DNA of 48,598 nt from a bacterium (GTDB lineage: Bacteria > Patescibacteriota > Minisyncoccia > UBA6257 > GWB1-50-10): the NCBI GenBank assembly GCA_021814165.1, contig JAKAIX010000001.1, forward strand, positions 1 through 48,598, given 5' to 3'. Positions within the stretch are counted from its first letter, which is position 1. Every line of letters begins with the position of its first letter. Positions 9,918 through 19,571 of the stretch are shown piece after piece. The notes beneath the pieces were generated by a model. The model was not told the DNA's origin, searched no databases, and saw only the letters and a list, made by a program, of their open reading frames with translations. A program made the translations under genes and the position numbers.

Positions 9918-9953
9918 TTTCCAATTATCAATCCTAGAATTGATAATTGGAAA
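9918..9953. terminator. Perfect 15-bp inverted repeat between convergent genes (likely bidirectional terminator / repeat)
   Basis: TTTCCAATTATCAAT-cctaga-ATTGATAATTGGAAA. Confidence 0.65.
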
Positions 9954-9957
9954 TTAA

Positions 9958-11823
9958 TCATTGAACATTTCCGAGGTGATACACGAAAATTGAAGTTCCC
10001 ACCCGGTAATCCGGTTCGGGGAGTCCTCCCATTTCTTTGTTTGGAGGACGAAATTCCGTAAACCACTCGTATGTGTCCGTTTCCTTCCTCGTAAAGCCGC
10101 TTTCGGTCGGGGCAATCGCTCCCTCAAGCGTATTTACCGATGCCGCAAACCACTCGATACCGTCGATGCGGGGGTCGCCTTTCGCCGGTCGCCAGTATTC
10201 CGCAGTATCGTTTCCGAGATAATATTTCGGATCGCCGCCACCAAAGTAATCAACGGCGATCTTTTTAATGCGATGTTCTTTGACAAACGTGCCAAGCCGT
10301 TTCAAATCTTGTCCCCAGTCGTAGTTCGAATCGGTGATGTATCGATAGCCGTTGCTCGTCCCTCCGCCGATTTCATTATAGTAAGAAAGGAAATACGGAT
10401 ATGCCATGATTGTTTCCCCGAGATACCAGCATGCGAGGAAGGTGACAAGAACGGTTTTCCAGAGGTAATTTTTTCCGTTCCCGCGAATCCAGCGTTGTAT
10501 GCCGATCGTGGCGAGGATATAAAGGAAAGGAAGCGTCGGGAGAAGATGTCTCACCCCGATATTCAACGAAGAGTGGATGCTGTAGAGCCAGTAGAAGAGC
10601 ACGGTACACAGCATCACGAATTCTCCAAAATGAATTCCGAGATATTCGCCGAGACGCCGCATCCGTTTCAACCCGAACGGCGATTTTCTGAAGAGCACGA
10701 CGAGTCCCATAATACACGCGATACCGATAAGAAGAAGAGAAGAAACGGGTTCCTTGAGAAGGAATACAACAGGGAAGTAATACCACCACCCGAAGTTCGA
10801 AACGGATCCCAGAAAATACGCCGTGTTTCCACCGCTTGAGCGTTGGAGCACCATGGCGATACCCAAAAGATATTGCGCGATTGGTTTCGTGAGATCGTGT
10901 CCTGCGAGTTGTGTTATAAAATTCCCCGCCCACGCCGGACTGAATGAGGCGAGTATTGTCTTCGTGTCGTGTATTTGTTTTTCCACCGGGTAATGCAGGG
11001 TGGTTACGGCATAGATAACATAGATTACGGCAAGCGCGATAAGAAAGATGAGGATCAACTGTCCGATTCGGGAGAAGGCGCGCGAAACAAAAAAACGAAA
11101 CGGTCGTTCCGAATTTCCGGAATATCTTTTTCGGATCGCTTCTCCGAGCACATAGCATAAAGAGAGAAATATGAAAGATGGAATAAGGAGCGCGGTCGAG
11201 AACTTCGTGAGTTCCGCGATGCCAAGTGCGATTCCCGCCGCAATGAGTCGGCTTCGCGAGGGGCTGTTGAGGAATCGTACGAATGCGATGATTGCGAGAA
11301 GAAACCCGAATGCAGCCGCGATGTCGGTCGTTACGTAATGTCCGTGCGCGAGAACCGTGGGAGAAAGCCCGAAAAGAAACGCGGGAAGAAGCCCCCATTC
11401 ATCCCCGAGAAATTCGCGCGCCCATACGTACACGAGCACGACGGTAAGAAGCGTAAGAAGAATGGGAAATATCCTCACATATTCGAGAATCTGGTCCGCG
11501 TTGTTCCCCGACTTATAGAGGAAAAGCGTCCCCATGTCCCACTGGCTGTTTACTCCGTTCGTCCAATAACTGCTCTCTGTTGGGAAATGAAGCGGCAGAG
11601 AAAGAAGAGGAAGAGCTGAGAGCGCTTTGAGAAGAGGGGGGTGTTCCGGGTTCAGTCGGTAATCGAGATACCGTGCATATCCGTATCCGGCGGGAATATG
11701 GGCGAGCTCATCCATGATTGCCGATTCCTGGCCGCTCGTAAGCCACATGAGCGAGCCGGAGAGGATAAGAACGGCGAAAAGAGCAATGGGCGCAAAAAGT
11801 GTGTGATTACGCGAGAAGTTCAT
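9958..11823 (-). CDS. GT-C glycosyltransferase, family 39 (ArnT/PMT-like)
   Basis: 'AIMDELAHIPAGY', 'EHPPLLK', 'LAHGHYVTTD', 'LTKFS', 'IGVRHLLP', 'DSNYDWGQDL'; many TM segments. Confidence 0.85.
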   Translation of the reverse strand: MNFSRNHTLFAPIALFAVLILSGSLMWLTSGQESAIMDELAHIPAGYGYARYLDYRLNPEHPPLLKALSALPLLSLPLHFPTESSYWTNGVNSQWDMGTLFLYKSGNNADQILEYVRIFPILLTLLTVVLVYVWAREFLGDEWGLLPAFLFGLSPTVLAHGHYVTTDIAAAFGFLLAIIAFVRFLNSPSRSRLIAAGIALGIAELTKFSTALLIPSFIFLSLCYVLGEAIRKRYSGNSERPFRFFVSRAFSRIGQLILIFLIALAVIYVIYAVTTLHYPVEKQIHDTKTILASFSPAWAGNFITQLAGHDLTKPIAQYLLGIAMVLQRSSGGNTAYFLGSVSNFGWWYYFPVVFLLKEPVSSLLLIGIACIMGLVVLFRKSPFGLKRMRRLGEYLGIHFGEFVMLCTVLFYWLYSIHSSLNIGVRHLLPTLPFLYILATIGIQRWIRGNGKNYLWKTVLVTFLACWYLGETIMAYPYFLSYYNEIGGGTSNGYRYITDSNYDWGQDLKRLGTFVKEHRIKKIAVDYFGGGDPKYYLGNDTAEYWRPAKGDPRIDGIEWFAASVNTLEGAIAPTESGFTRKETDTYEWFTEFRPPNKEMGGLPEPDYRVGTSIFVYHLGNVQ

Positions 11824-11893
11824 TTATGGTATTATACTATAAATCGCGGACGAAGGGCCACGGATTATGGATTACGGAAAGAACGGGAGACGC

Positions 11894-12688
11894 ATGAAAA
11901 AAAAGAATTCTTTGCGAGGAGGAGGCTTCTCGCTGATTGAACTTGTCATTTATATCGCCATTTTCACCGTGAGCGCGATTTTTCTCGTTGCAATATTAAC
12001 CACGATCACGAAAATCCAGACAAGGGAAGGATCGGTGGGGGAGGTGAACCGGCAGATAGGATTTATAGGAGATACCCTGAAACGGATGGTGCAAAACTCG
12101 AGTTTGGTCGATATGACGTTCGGGACGCCGACTTCGACGCTCCGACTTCGCATGTCCACCTCGACGGACGATCCGACCCTGATGTACTTGAGCGGCACGA
12201 CCGTATATTTGCAGCAAGGGTCGGCAAACCCGGTCGCACTCACGAATTCAGACGTGACGGTTGATAATTTTCTCGTGACACCCTATCAAAATCCCGGCGG
12301 GACGACGATCGTGCAGCTTGACCTTTCAATGACGTATAACGCGACGAATCCAGCGGCGCGACTCACGAGATCGCTCGAAACGTCCGTCGCGCGCGTTTCC
12401 GCGGCGCAATTCGACTCATCGGTATACCCGTCGTCCGGAGGCACCCTTGATCTCGGCACGGCGACCTATAAGTGGCGGAACGGCTATTTGAGCGGGACGT
12501 TCAGCGTGGATGGGCAGACGACTCTCGGGACGGGGGTCGCAGGGGCGACGGTATTAAAGTCCTACGGAAATATCGGATTCTCCACGTCCACCTATGGAAT
12601 TGTTTTTGTAACGCCGAGCGGTTCGTGTCTCTTGATGACGATGACGAATGCCGGAGCGATCGCCACAAGCTCTGTGGCGTGTCCATAA
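11894..12688 (+). CDS. Type IV pilin-like protein (prepilin N-terminal cleavage/methylation motif)
   Basis: Class III signal 'KKKNSLRGGG|FSLIELVIYIAIF' with Glu at +5; Ser/Thr-rich body. Confidence 0.85.
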   Translation: MKKKNSLRGGGFSLIELVIYIAIFTVSAIFLVAILTTITKIQTREGSVGEVNRQIGFIGDTLKRMVQNSSLVDMTFGTPTSTLRLRMSTSTDDPTLMYLSGTTVYLQQGSANPVALTNSDVTVDNFLVTPYQNPGGTTIVQLDLSMTYNATNPAARLTRSLETSVARVSAAQFDSSVYPSSGGTLDLGTATYKWRNGYLSGTFSVDGQTTLGTGVAGATVLKSYGNIGFSTSTYGIVFVTPSGSCLLMTMTNAGAIATSSVACP

Positions 12689-12694
12689 TTTAAA

Positions 12695-12747
12695 AACCCT
12701 TCCACTCCCTCATGTATGCTCGTTCGGAAGGGGGAGGGTTCTTTTAT
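12695..12747 (+). terminator. Hairpin plus U-tract after the pilin gene
   Basis: AACCCTTCC...GGGAGGGTT stem followed by CTTTTAT. Confidence 0.5.
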
Positions 12748-12757
12748 TCCTCTAAAA

Positions 12758-12794
12758 CTAGCACTTGACATTGCCGAGTGCTAATTTCTATACT
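12758..12794 (+). promoter_or_regulatory. CIRCE operator overlapping a sigma70 promoter of the hrcA-grpE-dnaK operon
   Basis: CTAGCACTT-N9-GAGTGCTAA (12758-12784; consensus TTAGCACTC-N9-GAGTGCTAA), TTGACA 12765-12770, TATACT 12789-12794. Confidence 0.9.
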
Positions 12795-12801
12795 GTATAC
12801 A

Positions 12802-13500
12802 ATGCAAGAAAGAACGCAGGCAATTCTTGAAGCGGCGATTCGGGAGTTCGTAAAAACGGGGAAGCCCGTTACCTCGGAGTCGTTGTATGAAGCCCATGAC
12901 TTTGGGATCAAACCCGCAATGATACGCTGGGAACTGAATGAATTGAGTAAGGCGGGTTACTTCTTCCAGCGCCATCCTTCGGGCGGAAGGATACCTTCGG
13001 ATAAGGCCTATCGTTTTTTCACCGAACGGGCGCTCCGGGAAGAAGAAGCGCGGAACGCGCACGGATTTGAAGACGCACTTAATGATTTTAAAAAAGGGGC
13101 ACGGCGTACCTTCGTGGAAGATCTTGCCGAACGATTTGGGGGGTTAAGCGTCGGCTACGAGTCGGAGCGCGGCGAGGTATATGAAAGCGGTCTTCACGAG
13201 CTTCTAAGCCGCCTCCAAGACGATGCAATTACCACGAATGAAATAATCCAGATCGTAAACGATTTCGAATCCATTCCTTCGCGCGTCCAGGAACTCCGTT
13301 CCTGGTGGGAAGACGAACAATCGTGGCCGCAGGTATTTATCGGCAAAAGCCCCTTCACCAAAAGCGCGCACATTGCGGTCGTGGCATCCTGTTTGCGGTG
13401 CGACGGCGGCGATTTCTTGCTGCTTGCGATAGGACCGAAACGGATGGATTATGCGAAACCGATTCGGGCATTCAGGTTTTTTGAAAGGTCATTGGAGTAA
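12802..13500 (+). CDS. hrcA: Heat-inducible transcription repressor HrcA (short form)
   Basis: 'ERTQAILEAAIREFVKTGKPVTSE', 'PAMIRWELNEL...HPSGGRIPSDKAYR', 'GPKRMDY'; CIRCE directly upstream. Confidence 0.9.
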   Translation: MQERTQAILEAAIREFVKTGKPVTSESLYEAHDFGIKPAMIRWELNELSKAGYFFQRHPSGGRIPSDKAYRFFTERALREEEARNAHGFEDALNDFKKGARRTFVEDLAERFGGLSVGYESERGEVYESGLHELLSRLQDDAITTNEIIQIVNDFESIPSRVQELRSWWEDEQSWPQVFIGKSPFTKSAHIAVVASCLRCDGGDFLLLAIGPKRMDYAKPIRAFRFFERSLE

Positions 13501-13506
13501 TCGATT

Positions 13507-14016
13507 ATGGAAGAAGAAATAAAAAAAGAAGAGCGCGATACGGAGAAGTCCGGTGATCTCGATGCGCGTCTTCTCGAGGCGGAACGATTGCGTGACGAAT
13601 ATCTTGACGGGTGGAAGCGCGCGAAGGCGGATCTCTCGAATTACAAAAAGGAGGAAGCTGAGCGTATGGAATATTTCGCGAAACGGAGCAACGAAGCGCT
13701 TCTCCACGATCTGATTGTTATTCTCGACAGCTTCGAACTCGGCCTGTCCGCAATGCGCGAGGATGACCCGTCAAAGAAAGGAATGACGCTTGTGAGAAAT
13801 CAGCTCTATGACACGATGAAGAGATACGGATTTGAAATGATATCCGTGAGTCCGGGTGATCCGTTCAATCCGGAGATGGCCGAAGCGATAGGAGAGATTG
13901 CAGCGGAAGGGCCTCCGGGATCGATCGCGGAGGAGGTGACGAAAGGATACACGCTCCATGGAAAAACGATACGTCCGGCACGGGTCATGCTGGTGAAAGT
14001 AAAAGGCGAGTCGTAA
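13507..14016 (+). CDS. grpE: Nucleotide exchange factor GrpE
   Basis: 'RAKADLSNYKK', 'GDPFNPEMAEA', 'KGYTLHGKTIRPARV'. Confidence 0.95.
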   Translation: MEEEIKKEERDTEKSGDLDARLLEAERLRDEYLDGWKRAKADLSNYKKEEAERMEYFAKRSNEALLHDLIVILDSFELGLSAMREDDPSKKGMTLVRNQLYDTMKRYGFEMISVSPGDPFNPEMAEAIGEIAAEGPPGSIAEEVTKGYTLHGKTIRPARVMLVKVKGES

Positions 14017-14052
14017 CAATCATAAAAAGGTCAACAACACATTACAAAAACT

Positions 14053-15918
14053 ATGGCAAAAATTTTAGGAATCGATTTGGGAACTACGAACTCGGCGATG
14101 GCGATTATCGAAGGCGGCGAGCCGAAGGTTCTCGAAAACACCGAGGGAGTGCGCACGACGCCCTCGATCGTCGCGATAAACAAGTCGGGAGAACGTCTGG
14201 TAGGGCTTCTTGCGAAGCGGCAGTCGGTCGTGAACCCGAAAAACACGATTTATTCGATGAAGCGGCTGATCGGAAGGAAGTTTACCGACAAAGAGGTCCA
14301 GCACGACAAGGAGTGGATCACGTACGACATCCGCCAGTCGGAAAAAGGAGGGACCGAGATTCATATGGGCGACAAATGGTATACGCCCGAGGAAATCTCC
14401 GCAATGGTGCTTCAAAAACTCAAGGCGGATGCCGAGGCGAAACTCGGCGAGAAGATTGAAGAGGCCGTTATCACCGTGCCGGCATATTTTGATGATTCGG
14501 AACGGCAGGCGACGAAGAACGCGGGAGAGATCGCGGGATTCAAGGTGAGAAGGATCTTAAATGAACCGACCGCGGCGGCTCTTGCATACGGACTGAATAA
14601 GCAGAAAAACGAAAAAATCGTGGTGTATGACTTCGGCGGCGGCACGTTCGATATCTCCATCCTCGAAGTGGGAGACGATACCGTCGAGGTAAAAGCAACC
14701 GGAGGTGATACGCATTTGGGCGGCGATGATTTCGATAAGCGCATTATCGAGTATCTCGTCCAGGAGTATAAAAAACAGGAAGGCGTGGATCTCTCGAAGG
14801 ATACGCTTGCGCTGCAGCGTCTCAAGGAAGCTGCGGAGCGCGCGAAACATGAACTCTCGACCGTGACGGAAACGGAAATCAATCTTCCGTACGTTACGTC
14901 CGACGCTTCCGGGCCGAAGCATTTTCTCATGAAACTCACTCGGGCGAAACTCGAGAATCTGGTGCAGGATCTGATCGATCGATCGATCACGCTCGTGAAG
15001 GAAGCAGTGACGGCGACTGCGCCCAAGGGGGCGGGTCTTGCGCTCGCCGATATCAATGAAGTAATTCTTGTGGGAGGCCAGACGAGAATGCCCGCAATCC
15101 AGGAAGCGGTGAAGAATTTATTCGGAAAAGAACCGCACAAGGGTATCAATCCGGACGAAGTGGTTGCAATCGGCGCCGCGGTGCAGGCGGGGATCCTCCA
15201 AGGAGACGTGAAAGATATTCTTCTGCTTGATGTGACGCCGCTCACCTTAAGCATCGAGACGTTGGGGAACGTTGCGACGCCGATGATACAGAAGAATACG
15301 ACGGTGCCGACCTCGAAAACGCAGGTATTCTCAACCGCAGCCGACAACCAGACGTCCGTCGAGGTGCATATCGGTCAGGGAGAGCGTCCGATGATGCAAG
15401 ACAATAAAACGCTCGCACGTTTCATTCTTGATGGTATTCCTCCCGCTCCGCGCGGCGTGCCGCAGGTCGAGGTAACGTTTGATATCGACGCAAACGGAAT
15501 TCTCACCGTTTCGGCGAAAGACAAGGCCTCAGGGAAAGAACAATCGGTACGCATTGAAGCTTCGACGAGTTTGAGCAAGGAAGAAGTCGAGCGCTTGAAG
15601 AAGGAAGCGGCCGAACACGCTACCGAGGATGAAAAGAAGAAAGAACTGATCGAAGTGCGGAATCAGGCGGAAACGCTCGTCTATACCGCCGAGAAGAGCT
15701 TGCGCGATTTGGGAGACAAGGTTACGGAGGACATGAAGAAAGACATTACGGAAAAAATCACCCGCCTGAACGAGCTGAAGCAGGGAGAGGATAAAGAAGC
15801 CATCAAGAACGCTTCGACCGAGCTTTCTTCCGCGCTTCAAAAGATAGGCGAGTCACTCTATAATAAACAAGATGGAACCGAACCTCCCCAACAACCCGAA
15901 CCTGGAAATAATCAGTGA
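14053..15918 (+). CDS. dnaK: Chaperone DnaK (Hsp70)
   Basis: 'GIDLGTTNS', 'TVPAYFDD', '[11 protein letters not shown]', 'LVGGQTRMP', '[15 protein letters not shown]'. Confidence 0.98.
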   Translation: MAKILGIDLGTTNSAMAIIEGGEPKVLENTEGVRTTPSIVAINKSGERLVGLLAKRQSVVNPKNTIYSMKRLIGRKFTDKEVQHDKEWITYDIRQSEKGGTEIHMGDKWYTPEEISAMVLQKLKADAEAKLGEKIEEAVITVPAYFDDSERQATKNAGEIAGFKVRRILNEPTAAALAYGLNKQKNEKIVVYDFGGGTFDISILEVGDDTVEVKATGGDTHLGGDDFDKRIIEYLVQEYKKQEGVDLSKDTLALQRLKEAAERAKHELSTVTETEINLPYVTSDASGPKHFLMKLTRAKLENLVQDLIDRSITLVKEAVTATAPKGAGLALADINEVILVGGQTRMPAIQEAVKNLFGKEPHKGINPDEVVAIGAAVQAGILQGDVKDILLLDVTPLTLSIETLGNVATPMIQKNTTVPTSKTQVFSTAADNQTSVEVHIGQGERPMMQDNKTLARFILDGIPPAPRGVPQVEVTFDIDANGILTVSAKDKASGKEQSVRIEASTSLSKEEVERLKKEAAEHATEDEKKKELIEVRNQAETLVYTAEKSLRDLGDKVTEDMKKDITEKITRLNELKQGEDKEAIKNASTELSSALQKIGESLYNKQDGTEPPQQPEPGNNQ

Positions 15919-16936
15919 ACGGCGGGAGCCGGAAACGGATAGAAGCCCATGGAAGATACTCCTTTTGGGGCTTCTCGGCGTCGCAGCGAGCGCTGCGGCG
16001 GTTTCCGGGTTCATGAATTTCTCGACGAAGCCGGGCGCGCTGTATTTTTGGACGTTCGTGATTGCCGTGATTATATTTTGGGCGCTGAAGCTTCTGCAAA
16101 TTTTCTTCGTAAAAGGATTTTGGAAACTTTTTCTCATCACTCTCTGCGAGATACTTGTTCCGCTCGCCGTATTTCGAATGAACTTTAATTCCACAACGCT
16201 CCCGTTTCTTCTCGGTGCGGCGGTTCTCGCACTCCTTTTTATAGGAGCCGCAATCAGGCGGGGGAGGAAAGCGGTCGAAAACAGCGTCGAACCGCAGTTC
16301 TTTTCCGTTTCGAAGACCATGCTCCCGAAGCTCACGAGCGGGTTCCTCATATTTCTCTCCATGCTGCTTTATCTGAACTATTTCGTGTGGGGGAATTTTA
16401 CGGATACGTTGGGAAAAACCATGTTGCAGTACACCACCTCGAGTGCGGAACCGCTGGTACATCTCTGGATTCCGAACGTTTCATTCAACATGTCAATCCA
16501 GACCTTCCTCGACACGTTGGTGAGAGAAAAACTCGACCAGGTAAGTTTCTCCGCAGCGAACGGAGGCGGGCAGACACAACAGCTCGGATTTCGGGATCTT
16601 CCGCCGAAACAGCAGGAATTATTTTTTGAAGAAGCAAAACAGCAGGCAAGTGCCGTGTTTACGGCGCAATTCGGAAACGTGAATCGAAATGAAACCGTGA
16701 ACGCGTTCCTGTATGATCTGATAAAAGGATATGTGGGGAATTTGGGGGCCACGACAAGCGGTATTCTCTCCATTGCGGCTATCGTACTTTTCTTCCTTAC
16801 TCTTAAGGGGGTTGCGGTGCTTTTGTACTGGCTTATAGGATTCCTCGGGTTTATGTTTTTCAAGCTGTGCCTTGTAACGGGCTTCGCGGTCGTGAGCGTC
16901 GAGACGAGAACAAGGAGATTTGCCATCCTCCCTTAA
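15872..16936 (+). CDS. Hypothetical polytopic membrane protein
   Basis: 354-aa ORF filling the dnaK-dnaJ gap: about five N-terminal TM helices, a soluble loop and C-terminal TM helices. Overlaps the dnaK 3' end by 47 nt. Confidence 0.75.
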   Translation: MEPNLPNNPNLEIISERREPETDRSPWKILLLGLLGVAASAAAVSGFMNFSTKPGALYFWTFVIAVIIFWALKLLQIFFVKGFWKLFLITLCEILVPLAVFRMNFNSTTLPFLLGAAVLALLFIGAAIRRGRKAVENSVEPQFFSVSKTMLPKLTSGFLIFLSMLLYLNYFVWGNFTDTLGKTMLQYTTSSAEPLVHLWIPNVSFNMSIQTFLDTLVREKLDQVSFSAANGGGQTQQLGFRDLPPKQQELFFEEAKQQASAVFTAQFGNVNRNETVNAFLYDLIKGYVGNLGATTSGILSIAAIVLFFLTLKGVAVLLYWLIGFLGFMFFKLCLVTGFAVVSVETRTRRFAILP

Positions 16937-16951
16937 CGCCGGAACGAAACT

Positions 16952-18046
16952 ATGGAGCCGAAAGATTATTATAAGGTGCTCGGTGTTTCGAGAGGCGCCT
17001 CCGAGGACGAAATAAAAAAAGCGTACCGGAAACTCGCACATCAGTATCATCCCGACAAGCAGGGAGGCGACGAGAAGAAATTCAAGGAGGTAAACGAGGC
17101 GTATCAGGTGCTCGGCAACAAAGAGAAAAAAACACAGTACGACCAGTTTGGGAGAGTGTTCGAAGGAGGGATGCCGGGGGGAGGAAATCCGTTTGAGGGA
17201 TTTGATTTCGGGGGTTCGGGATTCAGGTGGAATGCGGGCGCGGGTGTCGATATGAATGATATTTTCGAGGGCATTTTCGAACAGTTCGGCGGAGGAGGAA
17301 GAAAACGGCAGACCTATACTCAGGGCACGGATGTCGAAATCGTTCAAGACATCTCGCTCGAAGAAGCGTTTCACGGCGTCACGCGGGAAATCGGTTTTAA
17401 GACAAACGTACTTTGTGAAACATGCAAAGGGCTCGGTTATGCGAAAGAGAAGGGACAAAAAGACTGCACGAAGTGCGGAGGACGCGGGGAGATACGGGTT
17501 GAGCGGCGAACGTTCTTCGGGCAGTTCGCCCAGGTACAACAATGCCCCGATTGTTTCGGATCAGGGAAAATACCGAATGCACCGTGCCATTTGTGCAAAG
17601 GGAGGGGCAGGGTATTCGGCACGAGAACGGTGCGCTTTTCGATCGCGCCGGGTGTGGAAGACGGGCAGGTGATAAAAATCGCGGGCGTGGGAGAAACGGG
17701 CGAACGGGGCGGAGGAAACGGCGATTGTTATATTGTGGTCAGGGTGAAGCCCCATCCGCAATTTACGAGAAGGAAATCCGATTTGTATCTTACGAAAGAA
17801 GTGCGGGTCCGGGAGGTGCTCCTCGAAAAAGAAATAGAACTCGGGGATATAAGCGGAGAGCAATTCACGGTAACAATTCCGCGCGGATTCTCGCTTCAGG
17901 AAAAGATGAAAATTGCGCATCGGGGGATGCCAAAATTCGGCTCCTCGGCGCGCGGAGATCTCTATGTTACCTTTGATCTCCGCGTTCCCAAACACATCTC
18001 GGGAAGAACAAGGAAGCTCTTGGAGGAGCTGGAGGGAGAACTCTAG
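16952..18046 (+). CDS. dnaJ: Co-chaperone DnaJ
   Basis: J-domain with HPD, G/F region, four CxxCxGxG repeats. Confidence 0.97.
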   Translation: MEPKDYYKVLGVSRGASEDEIKKAYRKLAHQYHPDKQGGDEKKFKEVNEAYQVLGNKEKKTQYDQFGRVFEGGMPGGGNPFEGFDFGGSGFRWNAGAGVDMNDIFEGIFEQFGGGGRKRQTYTQGTDVEIVQDISLEEAFHGVTREIGFKTNVLCETCKGLGYAKEKGQKDCTKCGGRGEIRVERRTFFGQFAQVQQCPDCFGSGKIPNAPCHLCKGRGRVFGTRTVRFSIAPGVEDGQVIKIAGVGETGERGGGNGDCYIVVRVKPHPQFTRRKSDLYLTKEVRVREVLLEKEIELGDISGEQFTVTIPRGFSLQEKMKIAHRGMPKFGSSARGDLYVTFDLRVPKHISGRTRKLLEELEGEL

Positions 18047-18055
18047 CGTTTGAGG

Positions 18056-18100
18056 TCAATCTATCGAGGCCCGGCCTCGATAGAAAAGTGGATAACTTTC
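18056..18100. repeat. Dispersed palindrome + DnaA-box-like element, copy 1
   Basis: TCAAT-CTATCGAGGCCCGGCCTCGATAG (18061-18083)-AAAA-GTGGATAACTTT. Confidence 0.85.
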
Positions 18101-18102
18101 AA

Positions 18103-19344
18103 ATGAGAAAAAAGAAAAAACAAGATACCCTCTTCGATAATCCGGAGGAGGAACAGAAAGAAGAAACTTCGAAGTCTGTTTTTTCGGTGGGGGAGTTTCT
18201 CGATTATATCAACGAAATTTTCAAGCGCGAGGAGTATACCGTCTTGGGGGAGATTTCCGAGTTGAATTCCCACCCAACTGGTGTTTATGTCACCTTGAAG
18301 GATAAGGAAGGAGAAGGAATCCTCAACTGTTACATAAATCCTTTCATATATCGCACGGCAGGAATCTCACTTGAAGTCGGACTTCTTGTAAAAGTTCACG
18401 GATCCCCTGGTATCCATAAACCAAAAGGCAAGTTCAGTTTTGTGGTTAGAGAATTTGAACTCTTCGGAGAGGGATCACTTCGTCGTGCGTACGAACTTTT
18501 AAAGAAGAAACTCGAAGATGAGGGACTTTTCCGGCGGAAACGCCCGCTCCCGGAATGCATACGCGAGGTCGGAATCATTACCTCGAAAACGGGAGCCGTG
18601 ATCGATGATTTCAGAAAAAATCTGAAGCCGCTCGGGATGCGGCTTCATCTCTTCGATGTGCGGGTCGAAGGTTCTACCGCGCCGCGGAATATCATGAAAG
18701 GAATAAAATGGTTCAATGCGAAAATGCCGGAATGCGACGTTATTGTTCTGATCCGCGGCGGCGGGAGTCTGGAGGATCTCCAGCCGTTTAACAACGAACT
18801 CGTGGCGCGGGAGATATTCGCTTCGTCCATTCCCGTGATTGCGGGCATAGGCCATGATCGCGATGTTCCCATCGCGAGTTTGGTTGCTGACGTGATGACT
18901 TCTACCCCCTCCTTCGCCGCGATGACCGTGAACGGATCATGGGACAAGCTTGTGTTGGGACTCCCTGATCTCGAGCGGGAACTATTCGGTCTCTTTGAGG
19001 AAGTCATCGATAGATCGAAATCTCGCGTGATTCTCTCTACCGACCGCCTCCTGGAAAGGATCTCCCGCCTTATTGTACGGTATAAAGCCGTTGCGGATGC
19101 GATAGTAAACGCTTTTTCTCTTCGGATTCAAAAGGTAAACGAATTTCTGAAGCATGCTGGGCACTATCTCGCCGCAGTCGATCCGGAGAGGAATTTGCGC
19201 CTCGGATATAGTATTATTTTCAGTGAGAAGGGGAATGTGATAAAGGATGTCGCGGATACGGGTGAAGGGCGATCGATCGCCGTGCGACTCCATAAAGGAT
19301 CCCTGAAAGCTCGGGTCGAACATATAGAGCGGGACACGCAATAA
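18103..19344 (+). CDS. xseA: Exodeoxyribonuclease VII large subunit
   Basis: 'GEISEL', 'VGIITSKTGAVIDDF', 'LIRGGGSLEDL', 'GIGHDRD', 'TSTPS', 'LRLGYSI'. Confidence 0.95.
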   Translation: MRKKKKQDTLFDNPEEEQKEETSKSVFSVGEFLDYINEIFKREEYTVLGEISELNSHPTGVYVTLKDKEGEGILNCYINPFIYRTAGISLEVGLLVKVHGSPGIHKPKGKFSFVVREFELFGEGSLRRAYELLKKKLEDEGLFRRKRPLPECIREVGIITSKTGAVIDDFRKNLKPLGMRLHLFDVRVEGSTAPRNIMKGIKWFNAKMPECDVIVLIRGGGSLEDLQPFNNELVAREIFASSIPVIAGIGHDRDVPIASLVADVMTSTPSFAAMTVNGSWDKLVLGLPDLERELFGLFEEVIDRSKSRVILSTDRLLERISRLIVRYKAVADAIVNAFSLRIQKVNEFLKHAGHYLAAVDPERNLRLGYSIIFSEKGNVIKDVADTGEGRSIAVRLHKGSLKARVEHIERDTQ

Positions 19345-19349
19345 CGTTT

Positions 19350-19571
19350 ATGGAAAAAACAAAGAAAGAGAAAAAAGATATCGGTGCGGAACTCGGAAAA
19401 CTGGAGAAAATCGTCCAATGGTTCGAGACGCAGGATCAGGTGGACGTCGAAGAAGGTCTTTCAAAAGTGAGGGAGGGTGCGGAGCTTATCAAAGATCTCA
19501 AACAAAAAATAAAGAAGGTTGAAAACGAGTTCGAAGAGATAAAAAAAGATCTTTCGGATGACGCCGAATAG
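19350..19571 (+). CDS. xseB: Exodeoxyribonuclease VII small subunit
   Basis: 73 aa, 'LEKIVQWFE...VDVEEGL...GAEL'; follows xseA. Confidence 0.9.
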   Translation: MEKTKKEKKDIGAELGKLEKIVQWFETQDQVDVEEGLSKVREGAELIKDLKQKIKKVENEFEEIKKDLSDDAE

